Source: a virus
Reading direction: 5' to 3' (one strand)
IMG/VR virus record: IMGVR_UViG_3300046463_000548
Span: 89,707-153,706 of that record
Length of the DNA stretch: 64,000 bases
The position numbers and the translations under genes are program-made. The notes under the pieces were generated by a model. It was not told where the DNA came from. It searched no databases and worked only from the letters and a program-made list of their open reading frames with translations. How positions within the stretch are numbered: position 1 is the first letter of the stretch; each line of letters starts with the position of its first letter. Positions 1 through 8,972 of the stretch are shown in pieces.

Positions 1-252
1 GTTGTCTGCGCGGATACCCTGTTCCAACTGTGCGTACGACGCTTCGAATTTCTTCGCCTGCACTTCGGATGCGGAGATTGCCTGTGCGAATGTGGTTGCT
101 GCGAGAGACGAAAGACCGTTCAGGACCGAAGAGACTCGCGAGAAGTCTGCGGTGGATGCTCGACCCTGAACGATGTTGTTGAGTGACGAGCCTGCGCTGT
201 TTTGCAGGCTCTGCCATTTCTTTGATGCCTGATCACTATTGAACCCAGCCAT
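1..252 (-). CDS. N-terminus of a truncated tail protein, possibly tape measure (runs off window edge)
   Basis: Own translation from ATG at 252: MAGFNSDQASKKWQSLQNSAGSSLNN...QAKKFEASYAQLEQGIRADN, open to position 1; helical Ala/Ser-rich; follows baseplate-hub/chaperone-like genes. Confidence 0.5.
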   Translation of the reverse strand, partial: MAGFNSDQASKKWQSLQNSAGSSLNNIVQGRASTADFSRVSSVLNGLSSLAATTFAQAISASEVQAKKFEASYAQLEQGIRADN

Positions 253-255
253 CTT

Positions 256-408
256 TTACCCCACGTACTGTTTTCCTTCCTGTGCCGCTTTGATACGGTC
301 ATCCCGCCGCGCCTGTGCAGCATCGGAAAACTGCTGGAATTGATAGATAGGGGTGTCCTCGCTGATCTGAACGTGGTATTCGCTCAGAATCAGCAGATGC
401 CTATCCAT
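256..408 (-). CDS. Small tail/baseplate assembly protein (50 aa)
   Basis: ATG at 408 with AAGGAAG RBS; MDRHLLILSEYHVQISEDTPIYQF...; lies between hub-like gene and putative tape measure. Confidence 0.55.
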   Translation of the reverse strand: MDRHLLILSEYHVQISEDTPIYQFQQFSDAAQARRDDRIKAAQEGKQYVG

Positions 409-421
409 CACTTCCTTGGCG

Positions 422-1765
422 CTAGTTAGCGGGAAAGAAGCTGTGGGCAGCAAGCGAAAGCTTACTTTCGCTCATTGCACCACACCCCTTGCACTGGATT
501 TTTACGGTTTGATCTACGCCATAGTTACGAACTGCTTTGTCGTAGTCCTTAATTAGCTGCACCTGATCAGGAGTCGCGTTCTCAACGATGGCCACACGCT
601 GATCCAACGTCAGATGAAGCTCCTGATGTTGGATGTGCGTAGCCAACTGCGCGAGGAACGAAAACTCAGCACGCTGATCCGGGTCCTGCATCTTCGGATG
701 CTCTGCGAATTCGATTACATCGCGCATCGTCGGCGGACGAAACACCATGGTCGATGCGTCGCTGAAGTGATAAATCTCCGGGTCAGGAATCGTTTCGAGT
801 TCGGTGACTTTGACTGACGCGTTGGTGATGACTTGCGAAATCTCCAGCGACGATTCAGGAAGAACTGCCGCTTCGATTTCCGCGTAGTGCTCGTCCGTCA
901 TCTGGCCCGCGCGCACCATCGCCTGGAAGTCGATCAAGCGCAGACCATTCTCTACGCGACGTGTATGCTCCGGGTTCTTGCATCTCGTGGTGTGCACGAA
1001 ATTCGATTTCGTGAATGAGTTCTGACGCAGCCAGAACAGCACGAAGTAGAAATCAGGTAGCGTCAGTTCGAACGCGAGAGGCACGCCATTCCATGCCGGA
1101 TCACTCGTGTACAGAACAGAAGACACAGCCTCAACTACAGGCTGCAGCGACTGCTCGCGATGCGCCTTCTGGAGCTTGGCTATATGCTTGGCGAGAAACG
1201 GCTTTGCATAGAGGTCCTTGAACCCGTAAAAGGCGAAATGCGAGGGCAGACCCAGCGAGAATGAGGAACCATCCGCGACCGGTGTCTGAAACCCGGGCAT
1301 GGGATTGCCCACTTGATTTTGTGTATCCGGCGCGGTCTCGTGCTGTTGCATGGACTGATGGACCCACGAGAAATCATCGGCCGCTGGTACCTGCGGTTGC
1401 ACAGCCTGAGCAATCGGCCGTTGCTGCGTTTGCGGGGGCCGTGATTGAGCCTGTTGCTTGGCCTGCGGAGGAACGCGGTGCTGAACCATCGGAGACGGCT
1501 GCGGTTGAGCAGCCGGTGCTGCATGCGTTTGCGTTTGAGCCAGAGCCATCTGGTCCAAGCTCTGCGCGTGCATTGCAATGCCAGGACGCTGCGGCTGCTG
1601 TACACGGGGACCTTGGTCCTCAGTCGGCACCATCATCGGAACGCCCGGGAGCTTGATCGGCTTCGGAAAATGCGCGACGCTTTTCATGCGGTCCTGTTGG
1701 GCGCGTGCCAGTGCATCCTTTTTGTCCTGCGTAAATGGCATGAATTCTGTCTTCTTTTCAGACAC
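422..1765 (-). CDS. Baseplate hub assembly/tail chaperone protein (T4 gp26/gp51-like) with Gln/Pro-rich N-terminus
   Basis: 447 aa; LPS..FY, FRPPT..D, C-terminal CKGC and FF ending typical of this family; tail context. Confidence 0.55.
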   Translation of the reverse strand: MSEKKTEFMPFTQDKKDALARAQQDRMKSVAHFPKPIKLPGVPMMVPTEDQGPRVQQPQRPGIAMHAQSLDQMALAQTQTHAAPAAQPQPSPMVQHRVPPQAKQQAQSRPPQTQQRPIAQAVQPQVPAADDFSWVHQSMQQHETAPDTQNQVGNPMPGFQTPVADGSSFSLGLPSHFAFYGFKDLYAKPFLAKHIAKLQKAHREQSLQPVVEAVSSVLYTSDPAWNGVPLAFELTLPDFYFVLFWLRQNSFTKSNFVHTTRCKNPEHTRRVENGLRLIDFQAMVRAGQMTDEHYAEIEAAVLPESSLEISQVITNASVKVTELETIPDPEIYHFSDASTMVFRPPTMRDVIEFAEHPKMQDPDQRAEFSFLAQLATHIQHQELHLTLDQRVAIVENATPDQVQLIKDYDKAVRNYGVDQTVKIQCKGCGAMSESKLSLAAHSFFPAN

Positions 1766-1794
1766 GTTGTTAACTCCGGTTTATGAGCAAGAAT

Positions 1795-2949
1795 TTAGAG
1801 TGAGGCGAAGCCCGAACCAACGGCATTAATCCCGCGTTGAAGCAGGGCAGAGCCCGCGTTGGTTATCACTGAACCAAAGCTGTTGATGGTTGCGGTTATC
1901 GCGTTGTTAGTGCCGTTTTGAGCCACCGAGCCGGGAAGGATTGAACCCGCGTCCACCAGGTTCACGAAAACGTCCCCGACTTCGAAGGTCACTTGATTGA
2001 TGATCCGGTTGCTGTTGCCAGATTCCATGGCGTACGACTCAACGTTAGACGGCCAGCATTCGGTGTACTCGACAATCGCGAGAACGTTCGACGTAACGTC
2101 CAGCAGGTAGATGAAGATCGGAAACTTGTAGTCGGAAGGACGACCCCAACCACCTCCCATACTCGCTGCCTGATTAGCGGAGAACGGCGTGATAATCGCG
2201 TTCTGCCACGCCTGTATGTAGGTCAGCGCAACGTTTGATGAGTCCGCGTAGATTCCGAGACGCAAGCTGCCGACTGAATACTTCGCTGGGTACGCACGCG
2301 GGCGGCCCTCACGGAAAATGTGCTGAGCCTCAAACGTGCGGAAGGGCAGGGTAGCCTGCTCAACGTAGTACCACGGAAGCTGCGCGGCGTTAGATGTTGC
2401 AATCTGGCCGCCCAAGGCCGATGTCAACCCACCGGCCAGTGCTGAACTCAGGTTCGATAGAATCGAACTGGAAGTCGCATTGGATGCCGTCTGGTTCGAG
2501 CCGGGAGTAATCACGGGCATCTGCGCGTACCACGTGTACGCGAGCATAGGATCGGAGCGAGCTTGCGCACCAGCCAGATCGTAGCCCGGGTTGATACCGT
2601 TATTTGACGAGCTTTGGAAGGAGGTCCCGGGACTCGAAAGCACGGAGCCGGAAGACGCCATCCCACCTAAGCCGGATATAGCGGCCGAAAATGCGTTTGC
2701 CGGGGCCGAGGCGAGCGTAGAAACCGCTGCAGAGACATTCCCCGTGAGTAGGTCACCGGCTGCACCAACGACCGAACCTAAGGCCGATTTGACGGTATTG
2801 GACGCGGCACCTACGACATTGGATACAACTGTGTTCTTGGCGTTTGAAACGGCACCGGTAATGCCAGTCTTGATACTGTTGATCTGGCCTTTGGTATTTA
2901 CTTTGATTTGACTTTCGGCGGAAGATACTGCATCGGAGAGAAACGACAT
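1795..2949 (-). CDS. Tail tube initiator/tube-like protein (T4 gp54/gp19 fold)
   Basis: 384 aa; C-terminal YVEQATLP..., AWQNAI, YTECWPSNV, VTFEV pattern of tube-fold proteins; Ser/Ala/Gly-rich N-terminus. Confidence 0.6.
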   Translation of the reverse strand: MSFLSDAVSSAESQIKVNTKGQINSIKTGITGAVSNAKNTVVSNVVGAASNTVKSALGSVVGAAGDLLTGNVSAAVSTLASAPANAFSAAISGLGGMASSGSVLSSPGTSFQSSSNNGINPGYDLAGAQARSDPMLAYTWYAQMPVITPGSNQTASNATSSSILSNLSSALAGGLTSALGGQIATSNAAQLPWYYVEQATLPFRTFEAQHIFREGRPRAYPAKYSVGSLRLGIYADSSNVALTYIQAWQNAIITPFSANQAASMGGGWGRPSDYKFPIFIYLLDVTSNVLAIVEYTECWPSNVESYAMESGNSNRIINQVTFEVGDVFVNLVDAGSILPGSVAQNGTNNAITATINSFGSVITNAGSALLQRGINAVGSGFASL

Positions 2950-3029
2950 AGGGCAGACCTTTCAAAAGGTGCGCCCTAACAATGAATGACAGGCGTTTGA
3001 ACCTCTAACGCCTGTCTGTGCGTTAGGGC

Positions 3030-3072
3030 AAAAAAGAGGGCGGCAAACCCTCGAAGGTCTTAGCGCCGCCCT
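3030..3072 (-). terminator. Rho-independent terminator
   Basis: AGGGCGGC...GCCGCCCT stem followed by a T6 tract on minus strand. Confidence 0.75.
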
Positions 3073-3172
3073 TGATACAGTTACATGCAAGCCCCCTTCC
3101 CTATGGGAATTCCGTGGCCCTTGCTCAAAGCCAACTTGCATGCACCTGTTCGAGTTACTATGAAATTGGAGG

Positions 3173-3631
3173 TCAGTTGCCCCAGATCATCAACAACGCC
3201 GGGTCTACCGGGATATAGCCATTAGGTGCTGGTCTCAGCAGTGATATGGAATCCGGCGCGAGCCGCCCCTGCGGAGGCAAGTAATAGCCGTTGTTTCTGG
3301 CGTCATCAAGAACGACCATCTTGGGATCGGCCTTCGGCACGTACAGGTCACGCTGAATCAGCGTCCGTGTGTTTTCCACTTCTTCCGGCCAGTGCTCTTC
3401 TGTCCGATAGGCAATCCAGTCCTTGGCTAGTTCCGGCTTTACGAGCAGGGTCAATCCGAGTCCTGAAAGCATACGTTCCGGCTGCTTGTCGAGACCAACG
3501 ACCACCACCTCTGAGTACTGTTGACGGGCGTTAGCCAGCAGCGTAAGACAGTCGCGAAGCATCTGCCCTTCAACTGCTGGCGTGTACTTCGTGTAAGTCA
3601 CACCGATGTAGAAAATACGAGGCTTTTTCAT
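3173..3631 (-). CDS. Hypothetical protein
   Basis: 152 aa ORF coupled (ATGA) to upstream gene. Confidence 0.7.
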   Translation of the reverse strand: MKKPRIFYIGVTYTKYTPAVEGQMLRDCLTLLANARQQYSEVVVVGLDKQPERMLSGLGLTLLVKPELAKDWIAYRTEEHWPEEVENTRTLIQRDLYVPKADPKMVVLDDARNNGYYLPPQGRLAPDSISLLRPAPNGYIPVDPALLMIWGN

Positions 3632-3855
3632 CTCTTTGTCCCCTTAGCTAGGGCTCGCGCTTTCTCCAGCGGAACCAGATAGACGCGATCATTTGATGTC
3701 AGAGTAAATCGCACCAGGTCAGGATCAGAGGACTGACGAACTCCAAACTTTGTACCTTTCTCCAAAGTAACACTGCTCGTTATCTTCAACGACCGGCCGC
3801 TGTAAGTGAACCAGTCGAAGTTTTCCTCAGTTTTCTTCAGAAGGAAGCTGTACAT
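3628..3855 (-). CDS. Hypothetical protein
   Basis: 75 aa ORF overlapping portal stop (TAATG). Confidence 0.65.
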   Translation of the reverse strand: MYSFLLKKTEENFDWFTYSGRSLKITSSVTLEKGTKFGVRQSSDPDLVRFTLTSNDRVYLVPLEKARALAKGTKR

Positions 3856-5750
3856 TATTTGTAATTCCCAAAACCCGGAAGCGTTGCGCGGCCCAGCTTT
3901 TGCACGTTAGCCCGACGCAGCTTCTCCTGATAGTGCGGGTCACCATCGACCTTCTTCGCGATCTTCATAATCTGATCGTGCGCACGGTGGCGACGGTCTG
4001 CCATCGCCGCAGAAGGGATGTGCCGAACCTGATCGGTTTTCGTCAGCGCCCACGCATCACCCGAATCACCGAAGTCACGTGAAAGCAGGGGCTTGCGGTA
4101 CGCGCGTTGCTGCATGAGGTTTGCGCTCATCGACGTATGCTGGTTAGTCCGTTCGATCAATGCGGAGAGTTCCGGCTGCTCTGCGTCATCGATTTCACGC
4201 TCGTCATCATCGAACTCGTTGGAGAAATGATCCTCGCCCTCGTGCGATGTATCCTTGCCGGTGAATTCCTCCAGGCGCTGACGCAACACCTTGTCTTCAT
4301 CGAGGTCGCGTACCAGCGCGTCCGGGTCGATCTTTGCAGCGGCCATCCACATCTTGAGAGGGATAGGGACGCCCTTTTCCGAAGCCATTTCGAGCAGTTC
4401 CATCATGTTCTCTTCGCCCTTCGCTTCAAGCTCCTTGTGCCAGTGAAGCTGCGGCATCTTGAGGTTCGAACGGTTGGCGCGGTTGAACAGGAAGTCCACA
4501 ATCTTGCCGCTCTTCGCTTTGTTCTTCGGATCGACATACAGATCGTTGACCACAGCAATCAGCGGGAACAGCTTCGCGTAGAACACGCGGTCCGTCAGGT
4601 CTGTGCGGTAGCTATTCATCGTTTCGAGGAACGTTGAATATGCAGACTCTGCTGCCGCGTACGACGATTCGCCAGACAGGAACGACTCACTGATGCCCAG
4701 CGCCCGGAGCTTGTACGGAACAAGCACATCGGCCATGTCCGTCCACTTCCAGAAATCGCCACCTGGTCGGATGTCTGCAGCCTGCACCGAATTACGTGTC
4801 GAAATCCATCCGCCCAACGGGTCGAATTCGGCCTGCTGGAACTGCGATACGAGCGCCTGGAGTTCTTCGCCGGTCGGAGTCCAGTTGTCATCGCCAGCCG
4901 TCAGGTGAGTCATCGCGCGTTGACGACGCTGAGCCTCAACAAGCGTCCCACGGAACAGCGTCTTTTCGATCAGATACATCGGCAAGATGCGGTGCAAGTA
5001 GGACGTGTATGCGCGGTCCGTTGTTGAACGGCGCGGGACGAACAGTGTGGTCACCGGGTCCAGCGTGAACGCGCCCGACTTCAGCATGTCCAGGAACTGC
5101 GGAGGCATCGAGTCGAGATACTTCCGCGCGTACTCTGACGTGTCGTGCATGAACTGCTGTGTTGACTGTCCAACACGCACATTGATCGTCGGGTCGATAC
5201 CCCAGAACGGGGAGGGGATCACGGCGCAGGACAGCGCGTCATGAATCAGCGTGTCCATGAACTGCTTTGAACGGGGATCGAACACCAACGATCCACAGAA
5301 GAAACCATCAGTCAGGTGAGCCGTCGATATCGTAGGCATCATCTGGCGGAGGTTCAGTCGGTCTAACGCCTCTTCATAGAACTTCAGTTCTTTCTCTTCC
5401 AGACCGCGCAGTTCCCAATCGGAGAACGGAAAATGCGACTGGATGTCCACAGACGAACCCGCTGTGTTATCGAACAGATACATATCCCGGTAGAACAGGG
5501 CTAGGGTAGAGGTGTCGATCAGATGCGGGTCTGCCGGGATGATACCCGTCATGTAGTACTGGTAGTTCGACTGCCAAAACCCGTTCACGGACATTGATGC
5601 GCCGCCCGATGTTCCGCTCATACCCATGCTTGCGGTCACCTGCGTCATCGAACGCGGGGACGCACGGTGTACGATGGTGTTCCCCGGTGATTCGCCCATC
5701 ATGTTTATTGAGCCGTTTGTAACGCCCAAAATGCGCTTCTTGCTGTACAT
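3855..5750 (-). CDS. Portal protein (probable)
   Basis: ~630 aa from MYSKKR; RALGISESFLSGESSYAAAE segment resembles portal family; same block as terminase. Confidence 0.6.
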   Translation of the reverse strand: MYSKKRILGVTNGSINMMGESPGNTIVHRASPRSMTQVTASMGMSGTSGGASMSVNGFWQSNYQYYMTGIIPADPHLIDTSTLALFYRDMYLFDNTAGSSVDIQSHFPFSDWELRGLEEKELKFYEEALDRLNLRQMMPTISTAHLTDGFFCGSLVFDPRSKQFMDTLIHDALSCAVIPSPFWGIDPTINVRVGQSTQQFMHDTSEYARKYLDSMPPQFLDMLKSGAFTLDPVTTLFVPRRSTTDRAYTSYLHRILPMYLIEKTLFRGTLVEAQRRQRAMTHLTAGDDNWTPTGEELQALVSQFQQAEFDPLGGWISTRNSVQAADIRPGGDFWKWTDMADVLVPYKLRALGISESFLSGESSYAAAESAYSTFLETMNSYRTDLTDRVFYAKLFPLIAVVNDLYVDPKNKAKSGKIVDFLFNRANRSNLKMPQLHWHKELEAKGEENMMELLEMASEKGVPIPLKMWMAAAKIDPDALVRDLDEDKVLRQRLEEFTGKDTSHEGEDHFSNEFDDDEREIDDAEQPELSALIERTNQHTSMSANLMQQRAYRKPLLSRDFGDSGDAWALTKTDQVRHIPSAAMADRRHRAHDQIMKIAKKVDGDPHYQEKLRRANVQKLGRATLPGFGNYK

Positions 5751-5787
5751 GTGTTTAATCCTGTTGTTCGATGCACTCGTACACGGC

Positions 5788-6285
5788 TCATTGCCTTGAC
5801 CTTCGCGCGTATCGGTTAAAGTCGGCATTCCGGAAGGCCAAACGTATGCATAGGTTCAGCTTTGTGTCAGAGGCGATTTCTCGGTATTCCGCACGTTGAA
5901 CCATGCGCAGGGTGTACCTAGCGCTCGCACCGTTCTTGGCTATGAACTTACGGACAACGAAGATGCCAACGCCTTTCGGAATGTCGCCCTTGATCGTCTC
6001 GTAGGTCTTGGAACCAACTACGAAAAACAATTTATTCGAGTAGTCCAGATACTTGGGCCACTTACCTGCACGGTGATCCACGTAGAAATCAGCGGGGCAG
6101 CTTTTGATTTCGCAGATGACGACTTCGCCTTTCATGTTGACGGCGAGTAGGTCTGCACGCAGCGCCCCGCTTGGGTTTAATCCGACCTCCGCATTCACCG
6201 CATAGCACTTATCTGTGTAATACCTTCGCACCTGATCCTTCAGAAGCTGTGCGATATCCTTGCGGGTCATCTGTGTTTTGATCAT
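5788..6285 (-). CDS. MmcB-like PD-(D/E)XK endonuclease
   Basis: RADLLAV...ICEIKS..DF..D..KW..YLDYSNKLFFVV. Confidence 0.75.
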   Translation of the reverse strand: MIKTQMTRKDIAQLLKDQVRRYYTDKCYAVNAEVGLNPSGALRADLLAVNMKGEVVICEIKSCPADFYVDHRAGKWPKYLDYSNKLFFVVGSKTYETIKGDIPKGVGIFVVRKFIAKNGASARYTLRMVQRAEYREIASDTKLNLCIRLAFRNADFNRYARRSRQ

Positions 6286-6971
6286 CGTTGAAGGAACTTC
6301 ACCATGTCGTCTCGTATCTTTCCGTACTGATCCTGGAGGAACGCTGCGATACGTTCCCGGCTATCCAGTTGGACCTTTCGAAACTGTTTGTACTGTTCCT
6401 CGTCACCCACAACTTCCTTGGTATCGTGCGCAACCTTTGCATACTCGGTCATCACCTGCATCGCCATGTCCAGGAACGCGGGGCGCAAGATGTTTTCTGT
6501 TATGGCGACGCCTAGCGCGCCCCGATCCTTAGTTGATTGCAGATCGATCACAAGCTCGCGAATCGTCTGAACCAGCCCGTTGTACGAGTGGACACCGTAC
6601 CGGCCGTTCGACTCGTGAACGCCCTTTTCGACTTGCGCAATCAGGTTGATTGACGACTGAATCAGTCGCTTGTTGAGTTTGGAGATAGTGGAGTCATCAT
6701 CGTCACCAGACTCCAGCAATTCGACCATCTCTTCAGCGTCGTCACCGAAAACGGTGCGGAGATTGGCGAGGTTCGACGGAGCGTCTGTCGCTGCTTTCTT
6801 ACTCTTGCGCTCAGGCTCAACGATCACCAGTTCTGTGCTCGCTTTCTTTTTCTTCAGACGGGGTTGGTCGTCATCATCGTCATCCAGCGACATCGTGGGG
6901 CGCTTGCTCTTCGGCTTGCGATTAAGATTGAAGTCCTCATCGACTTCGACAGCAACAGACTTTTTCGGCAT
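6282..6971 (-). CDS. Hypothetical helical protein, small terminase candidate
   Basis: 229 aa, charged N-terminus and helical core; function inferred from position only. Confidence 0.4.
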   Translation of the reverse strand: MPKKSVAVEVDEDFNLNRKPKSKRPTMSLDDDDDDQPRLKKKKASTELVIVEPERKSKKAATDAPSNLANLRTVFGDDAEEMVELLESGDDDDSTISKLNKRLIQSSINLIAQVEKGVHESNGRYGVHSYNGLVQTIRELVIDLQSTKDRGALGVAITENILRPAFLDMAMQVMTEYAKVAHDTKEVVGDEEQYKQFRKVQLDSRERIAAFLQDQYGKIRDDMVKFLQR

Positions 6972-6974
6972 GGC

Positions 6975-7481
6975 TTAGACTTGGGAATCAGGGATCGGTA
7001 TTGCGATGCGATGCTCGTCGCACGTGAGCACCGGGAATCCGTTTGCGTGGGAGCGCTCCATCGGCTTGCGGCACTCCGGGCAGAGACCGGCACCGGCCAC
7101 GTCGGCGGACATGTCGATACGCGCGTGAACCTTGGACGCAGACGCTTCGAGCTTTTTCTGTTTGTCAGAGACGGTTGCAGATGCCGTCATAAATGCTGCT
7201 GGTATCTTCTTCATAATCAAGTCCTTTGGGGTGAATAAGGCATCCTGACGGGGCGTCATTCCGTCAGGACACGCGAGATACTGAATGGATGCCACGCCCA
7301 CCGAACCCCAATGGGGATTTGACCGTTCGGCGTCTAGCCTACGTAACTCCTGGCAGTAGTCCCTTCGCCACACAACGCCTAGGTGAGCAGCGGCTTTGGA
7401 GGCGAAATATTTCGGGTTTCTATGCCACTCGGTGATCGTTCCGTCTTTCAAGACACACCGTCCCCACACGTACCAGTTCAT
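6975..7481 (-). CDS. Hypothetical protein with C-terminal Zn finger (possible internal start at 7214)
   Basis: ATG 7481 overlaps upstream TGA; CPEC...C..H; AAGGA RBS before in-frame ATG 7214. Confidence 0.5.
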   Translation of the reverse strand: MNWYVWGRCVLKDGTITEWHRNPKYFASKAAAHLGVVWRRDYCQELRRLDAERSNPHWGSVGVASIQYLACPDGMTPRQDALFTPKDLIMKKIPAAFMTASATVSDKQKKLEASASKVHARIDMSADVAGAGLCPECRKPMERSHANGFPVLTCDEHRIAIPIPDSQV

Positions 7482-7993
7482 AATTGGGGCCCGGTGATCA
7501 CAGCTTCGTGGTTCAGACCGTGCACGATCAAAATACTGACCTTGGCAAACAACGTGTACGGCGGGTCGGCTTTGTCGCTGTTCCGGAACGGAGACATGAG
7601 CGGACAAACCGTAACGAAAATGCGGGGGCACACTTCGCCGCGAACCTGTTGGCGCATCATCGAGGTGATTGTCTGAATGATGGAGTGGGTGAATACGTGC
7701 GCTCGCGCTTCCTCATCTTTCGCAGATGTCACAACTTCCAGGCCGAACGGCAGCGGGGTATAGATACGACCGTCAACCTCATGTGTGGGCTGCTCACCCT
7801 CTCCAAGGATTGCGCAGTTGATACCCATATCGTTCAGTCCGGCCGTCACTACGTCGGGAAGGATTAGGCTCATCGGGTGGTACCGATGCATATCGACAAG
7901 CTTGAGTTCTGGCATCTTTGATTTTTGTCTTTGAATAACAGTTTCAGGGCTAACCCCGTCCACGGATGAATGTTGCGTGTGCCCGCAGTACAC
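7478..7993 (-). CDS. Hypothetical protein (start uncertain)
   Basis: ORF in co-oriented operon. Confidence 0.55.
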   Translation of the reverse strand: MYCGHTQHSSVDGVSPETVIQRQKSKMPELKLVDMHRYHPMSLILPDVVTAGLNDMGINCAILGEGEQPTHEVDGRIYTPLPFGLEVVTSAKDEEARAHVFTHSIIQTITSMMRQQVRGEVCPRIFVTVCPLMSPFRNSDKADPPYTLFAKVSILIVHGLNHEAVITGPQL

Positions 7994-8312
7994 TGACGAA
8001 CGTGTTCACCTGATAGGTGCCGTTCTCGATTTCAACAACGTGAATCTCACGGAGCGTCATCTTGTCCGTACCTTCAGTCGCGGCCTTAGCAAAGGCACTA
8101 GAGAAATCCCGCAGCAGATCACGCGCGACTTCAAAAGGCGTTGGCGTGTGATCGTAGCTTTTGGTCCACGGAAATTCTGGGCAGGTGATCCACTTGCCTC
8201 GTTCCGGACCTTTAGTCACGGACCAAGCGGAGACCATTCCGTCGTCCAGCCAGACCAACCTAACCCCTTGTTGATCTAGATATTCCTGAATCCGTTCGGA
8301 GTTCGTGATCAT
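7950..8312 (-). CDS. Hypothetical protein
   Basis: 120 aa ORF coupled to RuvC stop. Confidence 0.6.
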   Translation of the reverse strand: MITNSERIQEYLDQQGVRLVWLDDGMVSAWSVTKGPERGKWITCPEFPWTKSYDHTPTPFEVARDLLRDFSSAFAKAATEGTDKMTLREIHVVEIENGTYQVNTFVSVLRAHATFIRGRG

Positions 8313-8926
8313 GCTGAATCCCTTCGGATGCGCCGCTGCTTCGGGGGCAGGAGCGATGAGTTCTCCGCCTGCATCATGATCTTGTGCGGGTCATAATCGA
8401 GCAGCGAGCCGGTTCCCTTTTCCAGACCGAAGATGCCGATGAAACACGCGTCCAACTGGTGAGGGGTGATCGCGCATTCTGCGTACATCGCATCGAGAGT
8501 CAGCGGATCAAATCGCCTGTTCCAAGCGTTCTTCCAGGTAGCGGCTGTGATTGCCTTGATCGGCAGTCTGTAGCCCCCTAGAAGCCCGACCATGACCCCC
8601 ACGTATTCGATCAGGGGCCCAGACTGTCCGCGCGTCTGGAACCGCTCTACGACGATTCCATTAGGCTGGTACACCGCAACCCATTTGTCGATTTCGGCAA
8701 GGAAGTCGTTGCGCTGCTGACCGTACGCAACCAGATCAGAAATCGGCTTTGTTACCAGCGAGTTCGCAACGATCTTCACCTTGCCGTGTTCGTTGCACGC
8801 AACTACTGAAATTCCGCAGTTGCGCGAACCAGGGTCCAGAGCGAGCACACGTTTTGTTGCATCGAGCAAGCCCGAACTTTCCGGAAGTGTGTATTCCTTG
8901 TTCGGTTTTATTGGTTTTTTCGGCAT
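8309..8926 (-). CDS. ruvC: RuvC-like Holliday junction resolvase
   Basis: VLALDPGSRNCG, IVVERF, HQLDA catalytic motifs. Confidence 0.8.
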   Translation of the reverse strand: MPKKPIKPNKEYTLPESSGLLDATKRVLALDPGSRNCGISVVACNEHGKVKIVANSLVTKPISDLVAYGQQRNDFLAEIDKWVAVYQPNGIVVERFQTRGQSGPLIEYVGVMVGLLGGYRLPIKAITAATWKNAWNRRFDPLTLDAMYAECAITPHQLDACFIGIFGLEKGTGSLLDYDPHKIMMQAENSSLLPPKQRRIRRDSA

Positions 8927-8972
8927 CTCTTATAGACCTCAGGAAGATGCTATGAAATTAAAGCGAATCACC

